Translations under genes and position numbers: made by a program
Notes under the pieces: generated by a model
The model's database searches: none
What the model saw: the letters and a program-made list of their open reading frames with translations, nothing else
What the model was told of the DNA's origin: nothing
In this document: positions 8,647-18,333 of the stretch, one piece after another
Position numbering within the stretch: position 1 is the first letter of the stretch
Layout of the letters: each line of letters begins with the position of its first letter
Source of the DNA: a virus
Taxonomy: Duplodnaviria > Caudoviricetes
Direction: 5' to 3' (one strand)
IMG/VR virus record: IMGVR_UViG_3300008262_000114
Coordinates: 1 to 41,044 of that record
Length of the DNA: 41,044 nt

Positions 8647-9873
8647 TTAGTCCTCTACCGTGAATGAAACCCCTCCTTTTGAAACCTTACTTTCTTTACC
8701 GCTTTTTGGTTTTTCAGCCTTTTCGCTTTTCGCAGTACCCTTTGTCAAGCGCTCCGCAATGTCACGCTTGTAAATATTCTTTATAGCATCTCTGTGCATA
8801 CGATAAGGGACGTAATGAAGTACGTTTTCTCCTTCTATATTTACTTGGTATTCTAAATATAATTCCCCATCATTTCTTTTCAAAATCGCAATGGGAGTAC
8901 CTACCTCTGTATCTCCGTTTTCCAACTTAATCGGCACAGCGGGTAAATCTTTCAATTGAATAGCGTTACTATTTCCATCTTGCATCATTTCTTCACTATC
9001 AGAATAAGTCTCCTCGTATGACGGGCCTTTACTTCCATCCCCCGAACCACCACCGCTAGACGATCTGCCTTGATTTTGCTGACGAGGTAATTTACCCTCA
9101 ATTAAAACGTATTGTTCCTCCAAGAACTTATTTACATCATCGGGATTATTAAAATCCAACCCCGCTTCTTCCATCATTCGAGCAGCCATATTCTGACCCT
9201 CTTGGGATATAAGTTGATCCCGCAAAATAGCCATTACTTTTTCCTTGTTTAACTCAGAAACAAGACCTTTCTTTTCCCTTCCAATATTAGGTAAAATAGT
9301 CTTTACAAAGTCATAAGCACCCACTGGCTTCATCGGGGCATAAGGGTTTTGCTCTACATATCTGCTTTTTGCCATCGCTAGCGTTTCACCCTCGTTAGGC
9401 TTAACATCTTGATACCCCTTCATCCATGCGTTCAATCTCTTTTGGTCTACATCTTCATTACCCGCGCCCTTCATCGCTAGATTATAGTAATTCACCGCGC
9501 CTTTGCCGCGAATAGCGTTCATCTGAGCCTTGCGCTTCAACTTCAAAAACTCACGGCCTTCATCCGTAGTCATATCCATTGGGTCTTTACCTCTCTTATA
9601 GGCCTCTACCGCGTAATCCTCCGCAGCCTTAACAAGTTCTTCTCCCTCCAAGTCCAAAGGCTCTTGGCCTAGTGGATCATATTGAAGCTCCTCTATATCC
9701 CTTCTTAAATCCTCCTTGGCTTGTTGTTGAGCCTTACGCCTAGTCATAGCATCTTTAGCTATGTTCTGAAGCATATTATCCATAAAGGAAGTATCTTGCG
9801 TAGAGTCAACTATCGCTGCCGCGCCCGTGTTATCACGGCCTTGAAAAACTACTGCTGCACTTGGTGTTGCCAT
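8647..9873 (-). CDS. Putative internal virion (ejection) protein, 408 aa
   Basis: Helical charged protein with a Gly/Ser linker; sits between the small Ala/Gly-rich gene and the giant gene. Confidence 0.55.
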   Translation of the reverse strand: MATPSAAVVFQGRDNTGAAAIVDSTQDTSFMDNMLQNIAKDAMTRRKAQQQAKEDLRRDIEELQYDPLGQEPLDLEGEELVKAAEDYAVEAYKRGKDPMDMTTDEGREFLKLKRKAQMNAIRGKGAVNYYNLAMKGAGNEDVDQKRLNAWMKGYQDVKPNEGETLAMAKSRYVEQNPYAPMKPVGAYDFVKTILPNIGREKKGLVSELNKEKVMAILRDQLISQEGQNMAARMMEEAGLDFNNPDDVNKFLEEQYVLIEGKLPRQQNQGRSSSGGGSGDGSKGPSYEETYSDSEEMMQDGNSNAIQLKDLPAVPIKLENGDTEVGTPIAILKRNDGELYLEYQVNIEGENVLHYVPYRMHRDAIKNIYKRDIAERLTKGTAKSEKAEKPKSGKESKVSKGGVSFTVED

Positions 9874-9959
9874 TTAGTTTTAATTATATTGTATTGCTTT
9901 TAATGTGGATAAGGAGTGGTAATTGGCTCAGATACGGGTGTTTTTTATTTATTAGTATT

Positions 9960-10559
9960 TTAACCAAACCAACCTTTCTCTCCTCCAGCTTTCGTGGCCA
10001 TCATATCGCCCGAAGCCCCCGATATACCCTTCACACCGCCAAACACATTTTGTATAGCCGCGTTTTTCATCGCACTTATCGCTGCCGCATCACGATCAAA
10101 CTTATCTTTCACGTCATTGTTCCACTTCTTCTCCTCATAACCCGCCATTATTGCCAAAGCACTCGCCAAATCTTGCTGACGCGCCTCATAATCTTGTGCT
10201 GCTTGCATACTCAATTGGTTCTGACTGCCTTGCATACTTGCATTAGCCTTAACTAAAGCGCCCAAAGCATCACTACTTGAACTTGCCGACTGCATTATAT
10301 CCTCAGAAGTATTCGCGTAGTTCTGATCTAGCATTTGTTGTGCTTGGGCTTGACCACTCATCATTCTACTACCCGCGTTGGCTTGCGTTAATGCCAATGA
10401 TTCTTCGGCACTTTTGGGAATATCGTAGATAGGGTCTTCCAAACCCTCCTCCATTTTATTCGCTTTTATACCTTGCCAAGTGCCTAGCCCCGCTTGCACC
10501 AAAGCAGGTACACCTTTACTTACTCCCTTTGCGAGCATCATCATTGTCATTGGGTCCAT
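9960..10559 (-). CDS. Putative internal virion/pilot protein, 199 aa
   Basis: Ala/Gln/Gly/Met-rich helical protein with Gly-rich hydrophobic ends, typical of podovirus ejection proteins; first gene of this operon. Confidence 0.6.
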   Translation of the reverse strand: MDPMTMMMLAKGVSKGVPALVQAGLGTWQGIKANKMEEGLEDPIYDIPKSAEESLALTQANAGSRMMSGQAQAQQMLDQNYANTSEDIMQSASSSSDALGALVKANASMQGSQNQLSMQAAQDYEARQQDLASALAIMAGYEEKKWNNDVKDKFDRDAAAISAMKNAAIQNVFGGVKGISGASGDMMATKAGGEKGWFG

Positions 10560-10574
10560 ATTCTGTGAATTTTA

Positions 10575-10591
10575 CACAAAATTAGTTAAAA
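10575..10591 (-). promoter_or_regulatory. Bacteroidota-type -7 promoter element TAATTTTG
   Basis: TAnnTTTG at 10584-10577, 18 nt before the ATG at 10559. Confidence 0.7.
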
Positions 10592-10680
10592 TAACGCAAT
10601 AAAAGTAATGAATCTATAAAATTAGAAATATATGACAAACATACTCTCAACCCACCACAAAACAAAAGCCAATTTTAGCC

Positions 10681-10709
10681 AAAAAAACCCCATACCAAAA
10701 GGCATGAGG
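10681..10709 (-). terminator. Intrinsic terminator
   Basis: CCTCATGCC-TTTT-GGTATGGGG followed by T7 on the minus strand, after the gene ending at 10732. Confidence 0.8.
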
Positions 10710-10731
10710 TCACACACAAACACATGAATAC

Positions 10732-11448
10732 TCACCCTAAAGAGAAGTGAGTTGCCCTCCGCAACGCATCGGTGGCCTCCGACAGCATTGGACTATACAA
10801 TAGCGTGTTTGCGTTGTAACTCTCCGATTCATATTCAGCAGAGTTAAATGCCACCATAGACTTATCGCCCTTGTAAATATTGTATTCCCGCATTAACCAC
10901 ATCTTTATCATCCGTACATAAGCGGGTTCAATGATAGTTCCCTCATTCAAATTACTTATCCCAATATACTCAATAACCAACTTGCCATCGGGTATCTCAT
11001 TGCTAAAAATGATTTGACGCCCGTTCTGACGATAGTAATTCACATTTCTACCACCCGTAGCACTCGAATAACTCGGTGCACTAAAACTACCCATAAAGTT
11101 CGGAAAAAAATTCTCCACTTGCTGAGAGTTAGGATAGCCGTCGCACATAAATTCTACATTGTTCGGCAACGCAAGTGTATTGTCAACCGTCAACGAATAC
11201 ACCCTATTGCCCTTCAAGTACCCGATTTTAGTCACCGAAACAGCCTCGGCAGGTAAAGTGTAAACCTTATTAGACGGGCTTAATTTTACGTAGTCTACGT
11301 TCAAAAATAGACACCCGTTTTGTGGGAAGCGAAACTTGATAAACTCAATGGCTTGTTGCTTCATCCACGAATAATCCTTGCCGCCCGTTGGACGACCCAT
11401 CGTGAACAAAGTCGAAATGATGATATTACCAAGTGTAGTTACTTCCAT
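10732..11448 (-). CDS. Putative tail ring/tubular protein, 238 aa
   Basis: Size and position in the structural operon; LPAEAVSVTKIG, YYRQNGRQIIFS and LVIEY patterns resemble crAss-like ring proteins. Confidence 0.55.
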   Translation of the reverse strand: MEVTTLGNIIISTLFTMGRPTGGKDYSWMKQQAIEFIKFRFPQNGCLFLNVDYVKLSPSNKVYTLPAEAVSVTKIGYLKGNRVYSLTVDNTLALPNNVEFMCDGYPNSQQVENFFPNFMGSFSAPSYSSATGGRNVNYYRQNGRQIIFSNEIPDGKLVIEYIGISNLNEGTIIEPAYVRMIKMWLMREYNIYKGDKSMVAFNSAEYESESYNANTLLYSPMLSEATDALRRATHFSLG

Positions 11449-12005
11449 TATCTAGGGTCAATTAAGTCGTTATTTGTTTTGTCATTCATGTACTTCTCAT
11501 TGGCACGTATAGCCTTGCATAAAACGTCAAAAATATCCGATTCTCCATTCAAGTCAACCGCCTCGTTGTCGTCCATTTCACTAAACTTTGAAACGTAAGT
11601 CGCCACAAGCGATCCTACTGGTTTAAAATGAACGTAAAGCAACTTACCACTACTAAGCACGACTACGCGCTTATTAGACGGATTCAGACGCGATAAGGCC
11701 TTATTCGTGCCTATATCCCGAACCTCTACTACCCCCAAGTCGTCACTCACCTCCACAAAACTCATAGTCCCCATGATCGGAGTTTTTGACAACGACACAT
11801 TAGTCGCGCCATCACTAAGGGCAAGTGTTTCCGACATCGCCATATCATTAATGGCATCGGGATTATTCATCAAAAATGAAGGCAGTACAATATCAATCAT
11901 ACGTGCAATCATAGGGAGCGGGTAACTCTTACGTTCATCCGCCTTGGCAGGGCCACCCACCAATCTATCTTGTACTAATTCCTTAAATTGTCGTGCCGTT
12001 ATCAT
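11448..12005 (-). CDS. Putative tail ring/adaptor protein, 185 aa
   Basis: Overlapping start/stop with both neighbours; structural context. Confidence 0.45.
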   Translation of the reverse strand: MITARQFKELVQDRLVGGPAKADERKSYPLPMIARMIDIVLPSFLMNNPDAINDMAMSETLALSDGATNVSLSKTPIMGTMSFVEVSDDLGVVEVRDIGTNKALSRLNPSNKRVVVLSSGKLLYVHFKPVGSLVATYVSKFSEMDDNEAVDLNGESDIFDVLCKAIRANEKYMNDKTNNDLIDPR

Positions 12006-12706
12006 ACTACCGCTTGTAAATTAAATTGTTCTCTATTTCCAACCGCAAAATACTTGATAAGTTGAGAAACTAATTCGGGGTAATCCGAAGTTGGAAACTC
12101 AAATTCAACACTCTCACTTGGCGTGCCCGTGGGTAAAACACTACTATTCACGTGAACAGCCCCAACGGGCAAATAAACGGGTTCATTATCTATAATATCA
12201 TAATCAAAATAAGGAACGGCAGAGTTTCGTATGTAAGTAAACTGAAAGCTAGATAAGGCAGGGGAAACTCTTATTTTACCATCCTCAAAACACCATATTG
12301 GTTCTTCTTTGGTCGGATGATACATTTCTACATCGTGTCTATGATCCCATTCGTGTTGGCTTACAAACGTAACGGAGCGATATTGCTTTTCACCCGCGCA
12401 GTTGTTGTTGTAAAACTGATTATAAGAGCTTCTAACCTCATATCGGAGATCACTTGGTATATTACCATAGCCATAAGCGTCTAAAGACAAAGGGAGGCTA
12501 TTTGCCCCACCTATTGTCTTGATTAAATTTCTAAGCGAATTACTCACTTCTTTCGTCAACTCAAATTGGTTAACCAAAGCATCTAAGTATTGACTATTTA
12601 CTAGCTTCACCGCCTCATTGAAATTCAACGGAGTAACGTAGCCACCAACCTTGTCCTTCCCTAAAAGAAAGACAACTTGATTGAATATATCGCCTAAATT
12701 AGTCAT
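12002..12706 (-). CDS. Putative head-tail adaptor/ring protein, 234 aa
   Basis: GGYVTPLNFN N-terminus, GNIPSDLRY, YIR and FEFP motifs recall crAss-like conserved structural proteins. Confidence 0.55.
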   Translation of the reverse strand: MTNLGDIFNQVVFLLGKDKVGGYVTPLNFNEAVKLVNSQYLDALVNQFELTKEVSNSLRNLIKTIGGANSLPLSLDAYGYGNIPSDLRYEVRSSYNQFYNNNCAGEKQYRSVTFVSQHEWDHRHDVEMYHPTKEEPIWCFEDGKIRVSPALSSFQFTYIRNSAVPYFDYDIIDNEPVYLPVGAVHVNSSVLPTGTPSESVEFEFPTSDYPELVSQLIKYFAVGNREQFNLQAVV

Positions 12707-14757
12707 TATGGGTAAATCTGAATATGAATTTTAGAATCAAGCAACACATTATCTTCGGGCGCTCCACTAACATTATCAAATGTTTGAATACGAATAACCG
12801 TTGAACTTTCTACGTAAGCAGTTACTCTTTTAAAAATATTAGTAGTAGCTATTTGAGCAACAACAGTTTCTGACATATTAAAGGGAACAGCAGAAGTCAA
12901 GGTGTAGTTACCAATCCCCGTGCGGGCAGCAGTAAAACTCGATCCCGTTTGATTTACCCCCGCAGTCAATACAGGAGCAGAGGTAGCAACTTGACTTATT
13001 GTAGCCACATACGCTAATGGTCTAGTTGATAAAAGAGAGGCCACACTTAAATTTAGTGCCGCTATCTGATCGTTTATTCCACCCGTGCCAAAAATGGCAT
13101 TTTGCAAATCAACAATGTCCGCTTGAATAACAGGGAAATAAGTGTCAAACTGAGTGCTTAGCCCCGCAACAGTTGATGTAAGAGAAGCTGCATTTGAGTT
13201 TATTGTCGATATCTCATTATTAATTACTGTTATCTGACCATTTATTACGCCTTGTTCAGAGCTAATTATACCTATGGCTATTTGACTATCAGCAATATCG
13301 GTAGTATTAGTTGCAATATCCGCAGTATTCGTAGCAATATCAGAAGTATTCTCAGCAACATCTGCATTAATTTCGGTGATCGAAGTATTTACAAGGCCAA
13401 ACTGCGTGGTTACATAGGTGTTTAGGTCGGATATAAAATTCAGAATCAAACCTATTTGATTAGTGTTGGTTGTAATATCGGCAGCCAACTCCGCTATTTG
13501 GTCATCTATCCCTCCCGTGCCAGTGATTAGATTTTGTAAATCATCTAGCATGACAAATATTGCCGCCACTTCCTCTTGAAGCTCGACTAAAATGTTGTTT
13601 TCTTCGGGGTCAATATTGATAACCCAATACAACGCATCATTGTCGCAGCATGAACACTCGCATCCGCTCGCGTCAAGTAAAGACTCAATAGCGTCTACTC
13701 TTTCTTGGTATTTATCAAACTCACCACACTTCTTGTATTCAATTGCTTGAACGTAGTTCAATAAGATCGAGTCAACAAAGTATTGGTATGGAGAAAACCC
13801 GTTTTTCACCGCAGCACCATGAACTTGAAGTAAGTTCTGAATACATGGCAACAAGCCGCAAAGAGAACCCGAACAGCTTACTTTATACTCGTCAGACAAA
13901 CTAGCCACATAGGTAATGAGCAAATCTCCATTTGTCAAAGTAATAGTAGACTGCGAAGTAATCGTGTAAGTACCCGTGGCAATAGCCGACAAATTAATTA
14001 CCCCATCCGTGGAAGTGAAGTTTGGCGTGTTAGTCCATGAAGGGTACATCAAAATTAATTGCCTAGAAACAACCTCTTGATCCCCGTAACTAGTAGTGTC
14101 CAAAACCACAATACTTCCGTTCAAACCTCTTTCGCAGTCGGCATTAAAACTAACGCTCAATGTGATCTCCTCGCATCCCGCGTAAGTACCCGAAGCAGCG
14201 CCCGTGACTTTGGTAATATCAAATGACACCTTTGAACTAGCAACTGGAGTTTCCGCGTTTACCGTTTGGCTTACAAACAAAATAGAATCAATTGTTGAAA
14301 GCCCTACGCTAGTTATTGTTTTTACCCCATTATTTGCTGACAATGAGTTCGATATGGTGATGGAATCACCCGCAGCAAGCACATTGGTCAAGTTTATGTC
14401 ATCAAGAACAAACCCACCCAAACCTTCGCTATCGGCAATTACCGAACCGCAAGTCACATTGCTAATTGCTGTGCGTACCGAGTAGTCATCTATCGAGTAA
14501 ACACCATAGGCAATAGCACCATCCGAATCAAGAACGCAATCAAACCACGCGGAAGTAGTAGCTCCCGTTGATAGATTTACAAGCGGATCAACAATGGTCA
14601 GTTTTTGAGCCACAATATTACCCGCGAAACGCAGCGTTCCAAGACCCTTTGCGCTCAATGTAGTAAGAGCCACGCCTTGCAAGTCGTAATTGGTTATGTC
14701 AACCAAGCGAAACTTCTTGGTAGTCTTGTTTATCTCAATTCGAATGGTGCTTTCCAT
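12706..14757 (-). CDS. Putative fiber/collar structural protein, 683 aa
   Basis: Beta-rich N-terminus, Cys clusters (CSGSLCGLLPC, CECSCCD), long heptad coiled coil (NTxDIAT repeats), compact C-terminal beta domain. Confidence 0.6.
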   Translation of the reverse strand: MESTIRIEINKTTKKFRLVDITNYDLQGVALTTLSAKGLGTLRFAGNIVAQKLTIVDPLVNLSTGATTSAWFDCVLDSDGAIAYGVYSIDDYSVRTAISNVTCGSVIADSEGLGGFVLDDINLTNVLAAGDSITISNSLSANNGVKTITSVGLSTIDSILFVSQTVNAETPVASSKVSFDITKVTGAASGTYAGCEEITLSVSFNADCERGLNGSIVVLDTTSYGDQEVVSRQLILMYPSWTNTPNFTSTDGVINLSAIATGTYTITSQSTITLTNGDLLITYVASLSDEYKVSCSGSLCGLLPCIQNLLQVHGAAVKNGFSPYQYFVDSILLNYVQAIEYKKCGEFDKYQERVDAIESLLDASGCECSCCDNDALYWVINIDPEENNILVELQEEVAAIFVMLDDLQNLITGTGGIDDQIAELAADITTNTNQIGLILNFISDLNTYVTTQFGLVNTSITEINADVAENTSDIATNTADIATNTTDIADSQIAIGIISSEQGVINGQITVINNEISTINSNAASLTSTVAGLSTQFDTYFPVIQADIVDLQNAIFGTGGINDQIAALNLSVASLLSTRPLAYVATISQVATSAPVLTAGVNQTGSSFTAARTGIGNYTLTSAVPFNMSETVVAQIATTNIFKRVTAYVESSTVIRIQTFDNVSGAPEDNVLLDSKIHIQIYP
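13291..13360. repeat. Imperfect 21-bp tandem repeats encoding NT(S/A/T)DIA heptads
   Basis: GCAATATC recurs every 21 bp. Confidence 0.7.
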
Positions 14758-14758
14758 G

Positions 14759-15664
14759 TTACAATATCAAATTTAATTTGTTTTCATTATCACTGAAATA
14801 AGCAACTGCCTCTAGCAACTGCTCATCTTCTTCCGCAGAACTCAAAGACTTGTCAGCCTTAGTCGAAAATGTACCATCTTTCTTCAAAATGTACAACTTC
14901 CCTTCTTCGATCTTTACCTTTCCGTTTTCAATGGCCGCCTCTACTACCGCTTGAACGTCAACTTTTGCCGTCTTCCCTTGCTCGGAAATAACCAACAAAA
15001 CTGAATCAACAATAGACGAAACCTCAGACTTTCTTCCAGTATTGTACTCTGACAACAACAAATCTCTATTAGACAAGGCATCATTAGACGAAGGAACGTC
15101 CAACTTGCGTAAAATATCTGAAACCGACACGTCACTCAATTCAGAAGCAATCGCTGAAACAATACGTGCATTTTCAGCCGCTTTGTTCAATCTGTTCTTC
15201 TGCTCTAGTTCTTCCATCACAAAAGAAAACTGAGGCACTGGGCTTTTCTTTGCACACTCCCCATTGGAAATATTGGGATAGAAGAAATACAAGAAATACA
15301 ATTGGTCGGGATCAGTGATAACAGTACCATGAGCTATCGACAAACCATCTTTCTTACCAAACTTCGCATTGCCCTTTGAGTCAAATTGCGGAGGTGAACT
15401 TGAAACAACAATTTCGTTGTTCTTGTATTCAGCGTCATAGTATCGTGCGCGCATTGTAATACGTACACCCGCGTTCGGACGATCAACAACTTTCATGTTG
15501 CCACCCGCGCGGCCTACTTTCGCCTTATATGAAAAGCCTTCATTGTTGCGTAAAGCAACGGGCTTTTGCTTGTCGCCAACCTCAAAGAAAGAAGGAAAAA
15601 CCTGCTTCAATCGGGCTAGCTTACTTTCCTCCATCGGAGTCAGTTCATTGTTTAGGAAAATCAT
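14759..15664 (-). CDS. Hypothetical structural/assembly protein following the capsid gene, 301 aa
   Basis: Long ORF directly downstream of the capsid gene with its own promoter motif. Confidence 0.5.
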   Translation of the reverse strand: MIFLNNELTPMEESKLARLKQVFPSFFEVGDKQKPVALRNNEGFSYKAKVGRAGGNMKVVDRPNAGVRITMRARYYDAEYKNNEIVVSSSPPQFDSKGNAKFGKKDGLSIAHGTVITDPDQLYFLYFFYPNISNGECAKKSPVPQFSFVMEELEQKNRLNKAAENARIVSAIASELSDVSVSDILRKLDVPSSNDALSNRDLLLSEYNTGRKSEVSSIVDSVLLVISEQGKTAKVDVQAVVEAAIENGKVKIEEGKLYILKKDGTFSTKADKSLSSAEEDEQLLEAVAYFSDNENKLNLIL

Positions 15665-15694
15665 ATTTCTCTTTTTTATATGTTTGTAATGTTA

Positions 15695-15704
15695 CACAAA
15701 AGTA
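15695..15704 (-). promoter_or_regulatory. -7 promoter element TACTTTTG
   Basis: TAnnTTTG at 15704-15697, upstream of the ATG at 15664. Confidence 0.6.
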
Positions 15705-15738
15705 AAACAAAAAAGGGAGCAATACACTCCCTCTTTTG
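15705..15738 (-). terminator. Intrinsic terminator after the capsid gene
   Basis: AGGGAG/CTCCCT stem with T tracts on both strands. Confidence 0.7.
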
Positions 15739-15755
15739 ATTATTTTTAATTCAGA

Positions 15756-17123
15756 CTAGCGGAAAGCGCCAAACTGATTTACAGCAGCAAACTGATAACC
15801 GCAATCGGTCAAGCAGTCAACAACCAACTCATCTTTACGAGTCTTGTTGTTGTTAGCCATCGCGCCCGTTTCCCAAATACGCATATAACGATCAAAACCG
15901 CCATAGCTATGGTTTTTAACAGTAACGTAAGGAACAAGTACACCCGCACCTTTGTTGTTCTTAACCTCGGTTTTACCCATTGGGATCAAGTACGCCAAAT
16001 CTTGGAAAGGATTGTTAGTCACTCCCGCGATGTTGTAAGTACGTGGATCGCTCAAGATACCTAGTTTACGGATGAAGAAGTTACGACCACCAATAGTGAT
16101 CTGATTGAACGCAAATGTAGCTTCCAAACCTTTGATCTTAGTAGCATCACCAAAAGCATACTCGGCATACATTTGAGCAGTTGCGCCCAAGTTAGTGTTA
16201 GTTAAGTAGTCTTTGAAGTTTACCTCGATCTCGTCTACACGCTTCTTAGAACCCCAAAAAGTGTAGTTCGTGTTAGCGCCTTGCGTTTCAAGCAAGTCAG
16301 TCATAGCATAGAAACTTGTTTCGTCAATGTCAGCACCCGAAGTATCAATGTTTTGACCGCGTTGAGTAATGCTTACGTCCAAACCATCGGTAGTAGACAA
16401 ACTCAAAGTTTCAACATCAGGGTTATTTTGTTTTGCTCCGAAGATAAACGCACCAGTCATGTACAACAAGTTGCGATACTCCATACCGCGATAGAACTGA
16501 CCATAAGTACCACCTCTACCACCATTTACGCCTTCAACCGCTTTCAATTCGGTAGACAAGACAGTTCCGCTTGCCAACATAGAAGTACGGATAATTTGCG
16601 TATTCCAATTGTAGCTAGTTACACCGCTGAACTGAGCGTTAGGGCCATCAGAACCTTCCGCGCGAGAGTCAGAGTAAACAATGAATTTGTCACCCGCAGT
16701 CAACGCTTGGTTAGTGGTAGACAAAGTAGGAACGGCACGAACAACACGTGTTGTTTGGTTAATAGAGTCAATAATGTATTGTGCTTTTGTTGTAGAGTGC
16801 ATAATCAAATTGCCTACAACAGGGTAAACCAAGCCTGTGGTTGGATCAACCTCAGAAGCGGGAATAACAAAATTGATTGACTGACCTGCTCCAGGAGCAG
16901 CCACGTTAGCGTTCACACCAGCATACATGTGGAAACGATCTTCTTCAAACCACTCACCCGTGTTGTTTCCAACAATCTCGTAGCCGTTTGGTTGAGCCAA
17001 CATTTCCAACATCAAATCTGCGCCTTGTTCACCATAGGGCTTGTATAGTTTTTTAGCCCATAGTGGAGTTACCCAATCCGCAGCAGAGAGGTAACCACTT
17101 GTAATTTCACCAGAAGTATTCAT
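15756..17123 (-). CDS. Major capsid protein, 455 aa
   Basis: Follows portal and scaffold-like genes; EWFEE, YNWNTQIIR and AFIFG patterns typical of HK97-fold capsids; biased codon use; terminator behind it. Confidence 0.8.
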   Translation of the reverse strand: MNTSGEITSGYLSAADWVTPLWAKKLYKPYGEQGADLMLEMLAQPNGYEIVGNNTGEWFEEDRFHMYAGVNANVAAPGAGQSINFVIPASEVDPTTGLVYPVVGNLIMHSTTKAQYIIDSINQTTRVVRAVPTLSTTNQALTAGDKFIVYSDSRAEGSDGPNAQFSGVTSYNWNTQIIRTSMLASGTVLSTELKAVEGVNGGRGGTYGQFYRGMEYRNLLYMTGAFIFGAKQNNPDVETLSLSTTDGLDVSITQRGQNIDTSGADIDETSFYAMTDLLETQGANTNYTFWGSKKRVDEIEVNFKDYLTNTNLGATAQMYAEYAFGDATKIKGLEATFAFNQITIGGRNFFIRKLGILSDPRTYNIAGVTNNPFQDLAYLIPMGKTEVKNNKGAGVLVPYVTVKNHSYGGFDRYMRIWETGAMANNNKTRKDELVVDCLTDCGYQFAAVNQFGAFR

Positions 17124-17145
17124 TTTATTCTAGATTTTTGTTTTA

Positions 17146-18312
17146 TTAATTGCCCACATCTTTTAGCAACTTGTCAAAGTACGCCTGACTTTCAGACTTC
17201 TTCTTTGCCGAGCTGCCTCCCGTAGCGGGTGTTCGGGGGTTGGGTCTACCCAAGGAATCTTCCTTGATTAAATCCTCTTTGGCCTTAGCGTAAACCGATT
17301 CGATAAGAGCCTTTTCGTAGTTTGAGCTTCGTACCGCTGCACCCTTCGCAGTCAATTGTACAATCTCATTCAACTTCTTAACTCCCTCTGCCGTGTTTAT
17401 ATTAATGCCTCTATCTACCGCAATGCGGCTTGCCATCGTGATGATCTCTGAAACTTCTTCCTTTGAAAAGGACAAGTCCAAACTATAATCACCAACGGAA
17501 AACTTTTGCTTTCCCGACTTCATCAGTTCCTCCACTTTTGGAGTCAGTCCTTGCAATAAATCTTCACGCTGTTTAGCAGTCGCATTAGCTTCTTCGTGTG
17601 CAAAGGTATAACGGCCTTTTGTGTCCGCTAAACTTTGTTGAAAAGTGTTAATTTTTGTTAACGCTTGGTTTGCCTCAATAGTAAGTCTTTTGAACGCCAA
17701 TGAGTTTGTGTCATCCAAGTCAACATCATCTCTAATATCCTTTTCAATATCTATCAAATCTTGATAAGTAATACCGCCACTTAAAATAGTAGGATCACTC
17801 AAAATCTTACCTATCACTATCGCTTGAATGGGATCACCCGCGATGCTCTCACGAGTAGCGCCCACAATTCTACCTAAAAGGCCAAAATCCTCAATCTTCA
17901 ACTGCTCGTAAGCCTTATCTAGCTTTCCGATTGTTTCGTGGCTATACGGGTTCTCAAACTTGGAAAGAACGCTTGCCTTTTCAGTCAACTCAGCCTCTCT
18001 CTTTTGAATTTCATTCACCCGCGATTGCATACCCTTGAACTCATTGATCGCGGCAACCACATCATCATCCTTTTCGTACCCTAGTGACTTGTAAAAAGGC
18101 TCTTTTGGCTTATTGTCGCTATCAGCAGTCAAATCATCGCTTGAAGTGTCGTTAGTAGATTCGCCACCATCAACTTCTTCGTTTGCGGATTCATCCGTAT
18201 TGACTACGGGCGCTAGCGTATTATTATTGTCCTCCGCTAACTTAGCGCTCATTTCTTCTTGGGTCATTACACCCTCATTTACCAATTCTTGGTACGGATT
18301 ATTCTCTGCCAT
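17146..18312 (-). CDS. Putative scaffold protein, 388 aa
   Basis: Acidic disordered N-terminus, helical body, located between portal and capsid. Confidence 0.6.
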   Translation of the reverse strand: MAENNPYQELVNEGVMTQEEMSAKLAEDNNNTLAPVVNTDESANEEVDGGESTNDTSSDDLTADSDNKPKEPFYKSLGYEKDDDVVAAINEFKGMQSRVNEIQKREAELTEKASVLSKFENPYSHETIGKLDKAYEQLKIEDFGLLGRIVGATRESIAGDPIQAIVIGKILSDPTILSGGITYQDLIDIEKDIRDDVDLDDTNSLAFKRLTIEANQALTKINTFQQSLADTKGRYTFAHEEANATAKQREDLLQGLTPKVEELMKSGKQKFSVGDYSLDLSFSKEEVSEIITMASRIAVDRGININTAEGVKKLNEIVQLTAKGAAVRSSNYEKALIESVYAKAKEDLIKEDSLGRPNPRTPATGGSSAKKKSESQAYFDKLLKDVGN

Positions 18313-18333
18313 ATTTGTGTGTTTTGTGTTTTA

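Noticed and set aside
16281-16880. 199-aa plus-strand ORF opposite the capsid gene
   Set aside because: Antisense ORF expected from strong codon bias; TTG start, no promoter
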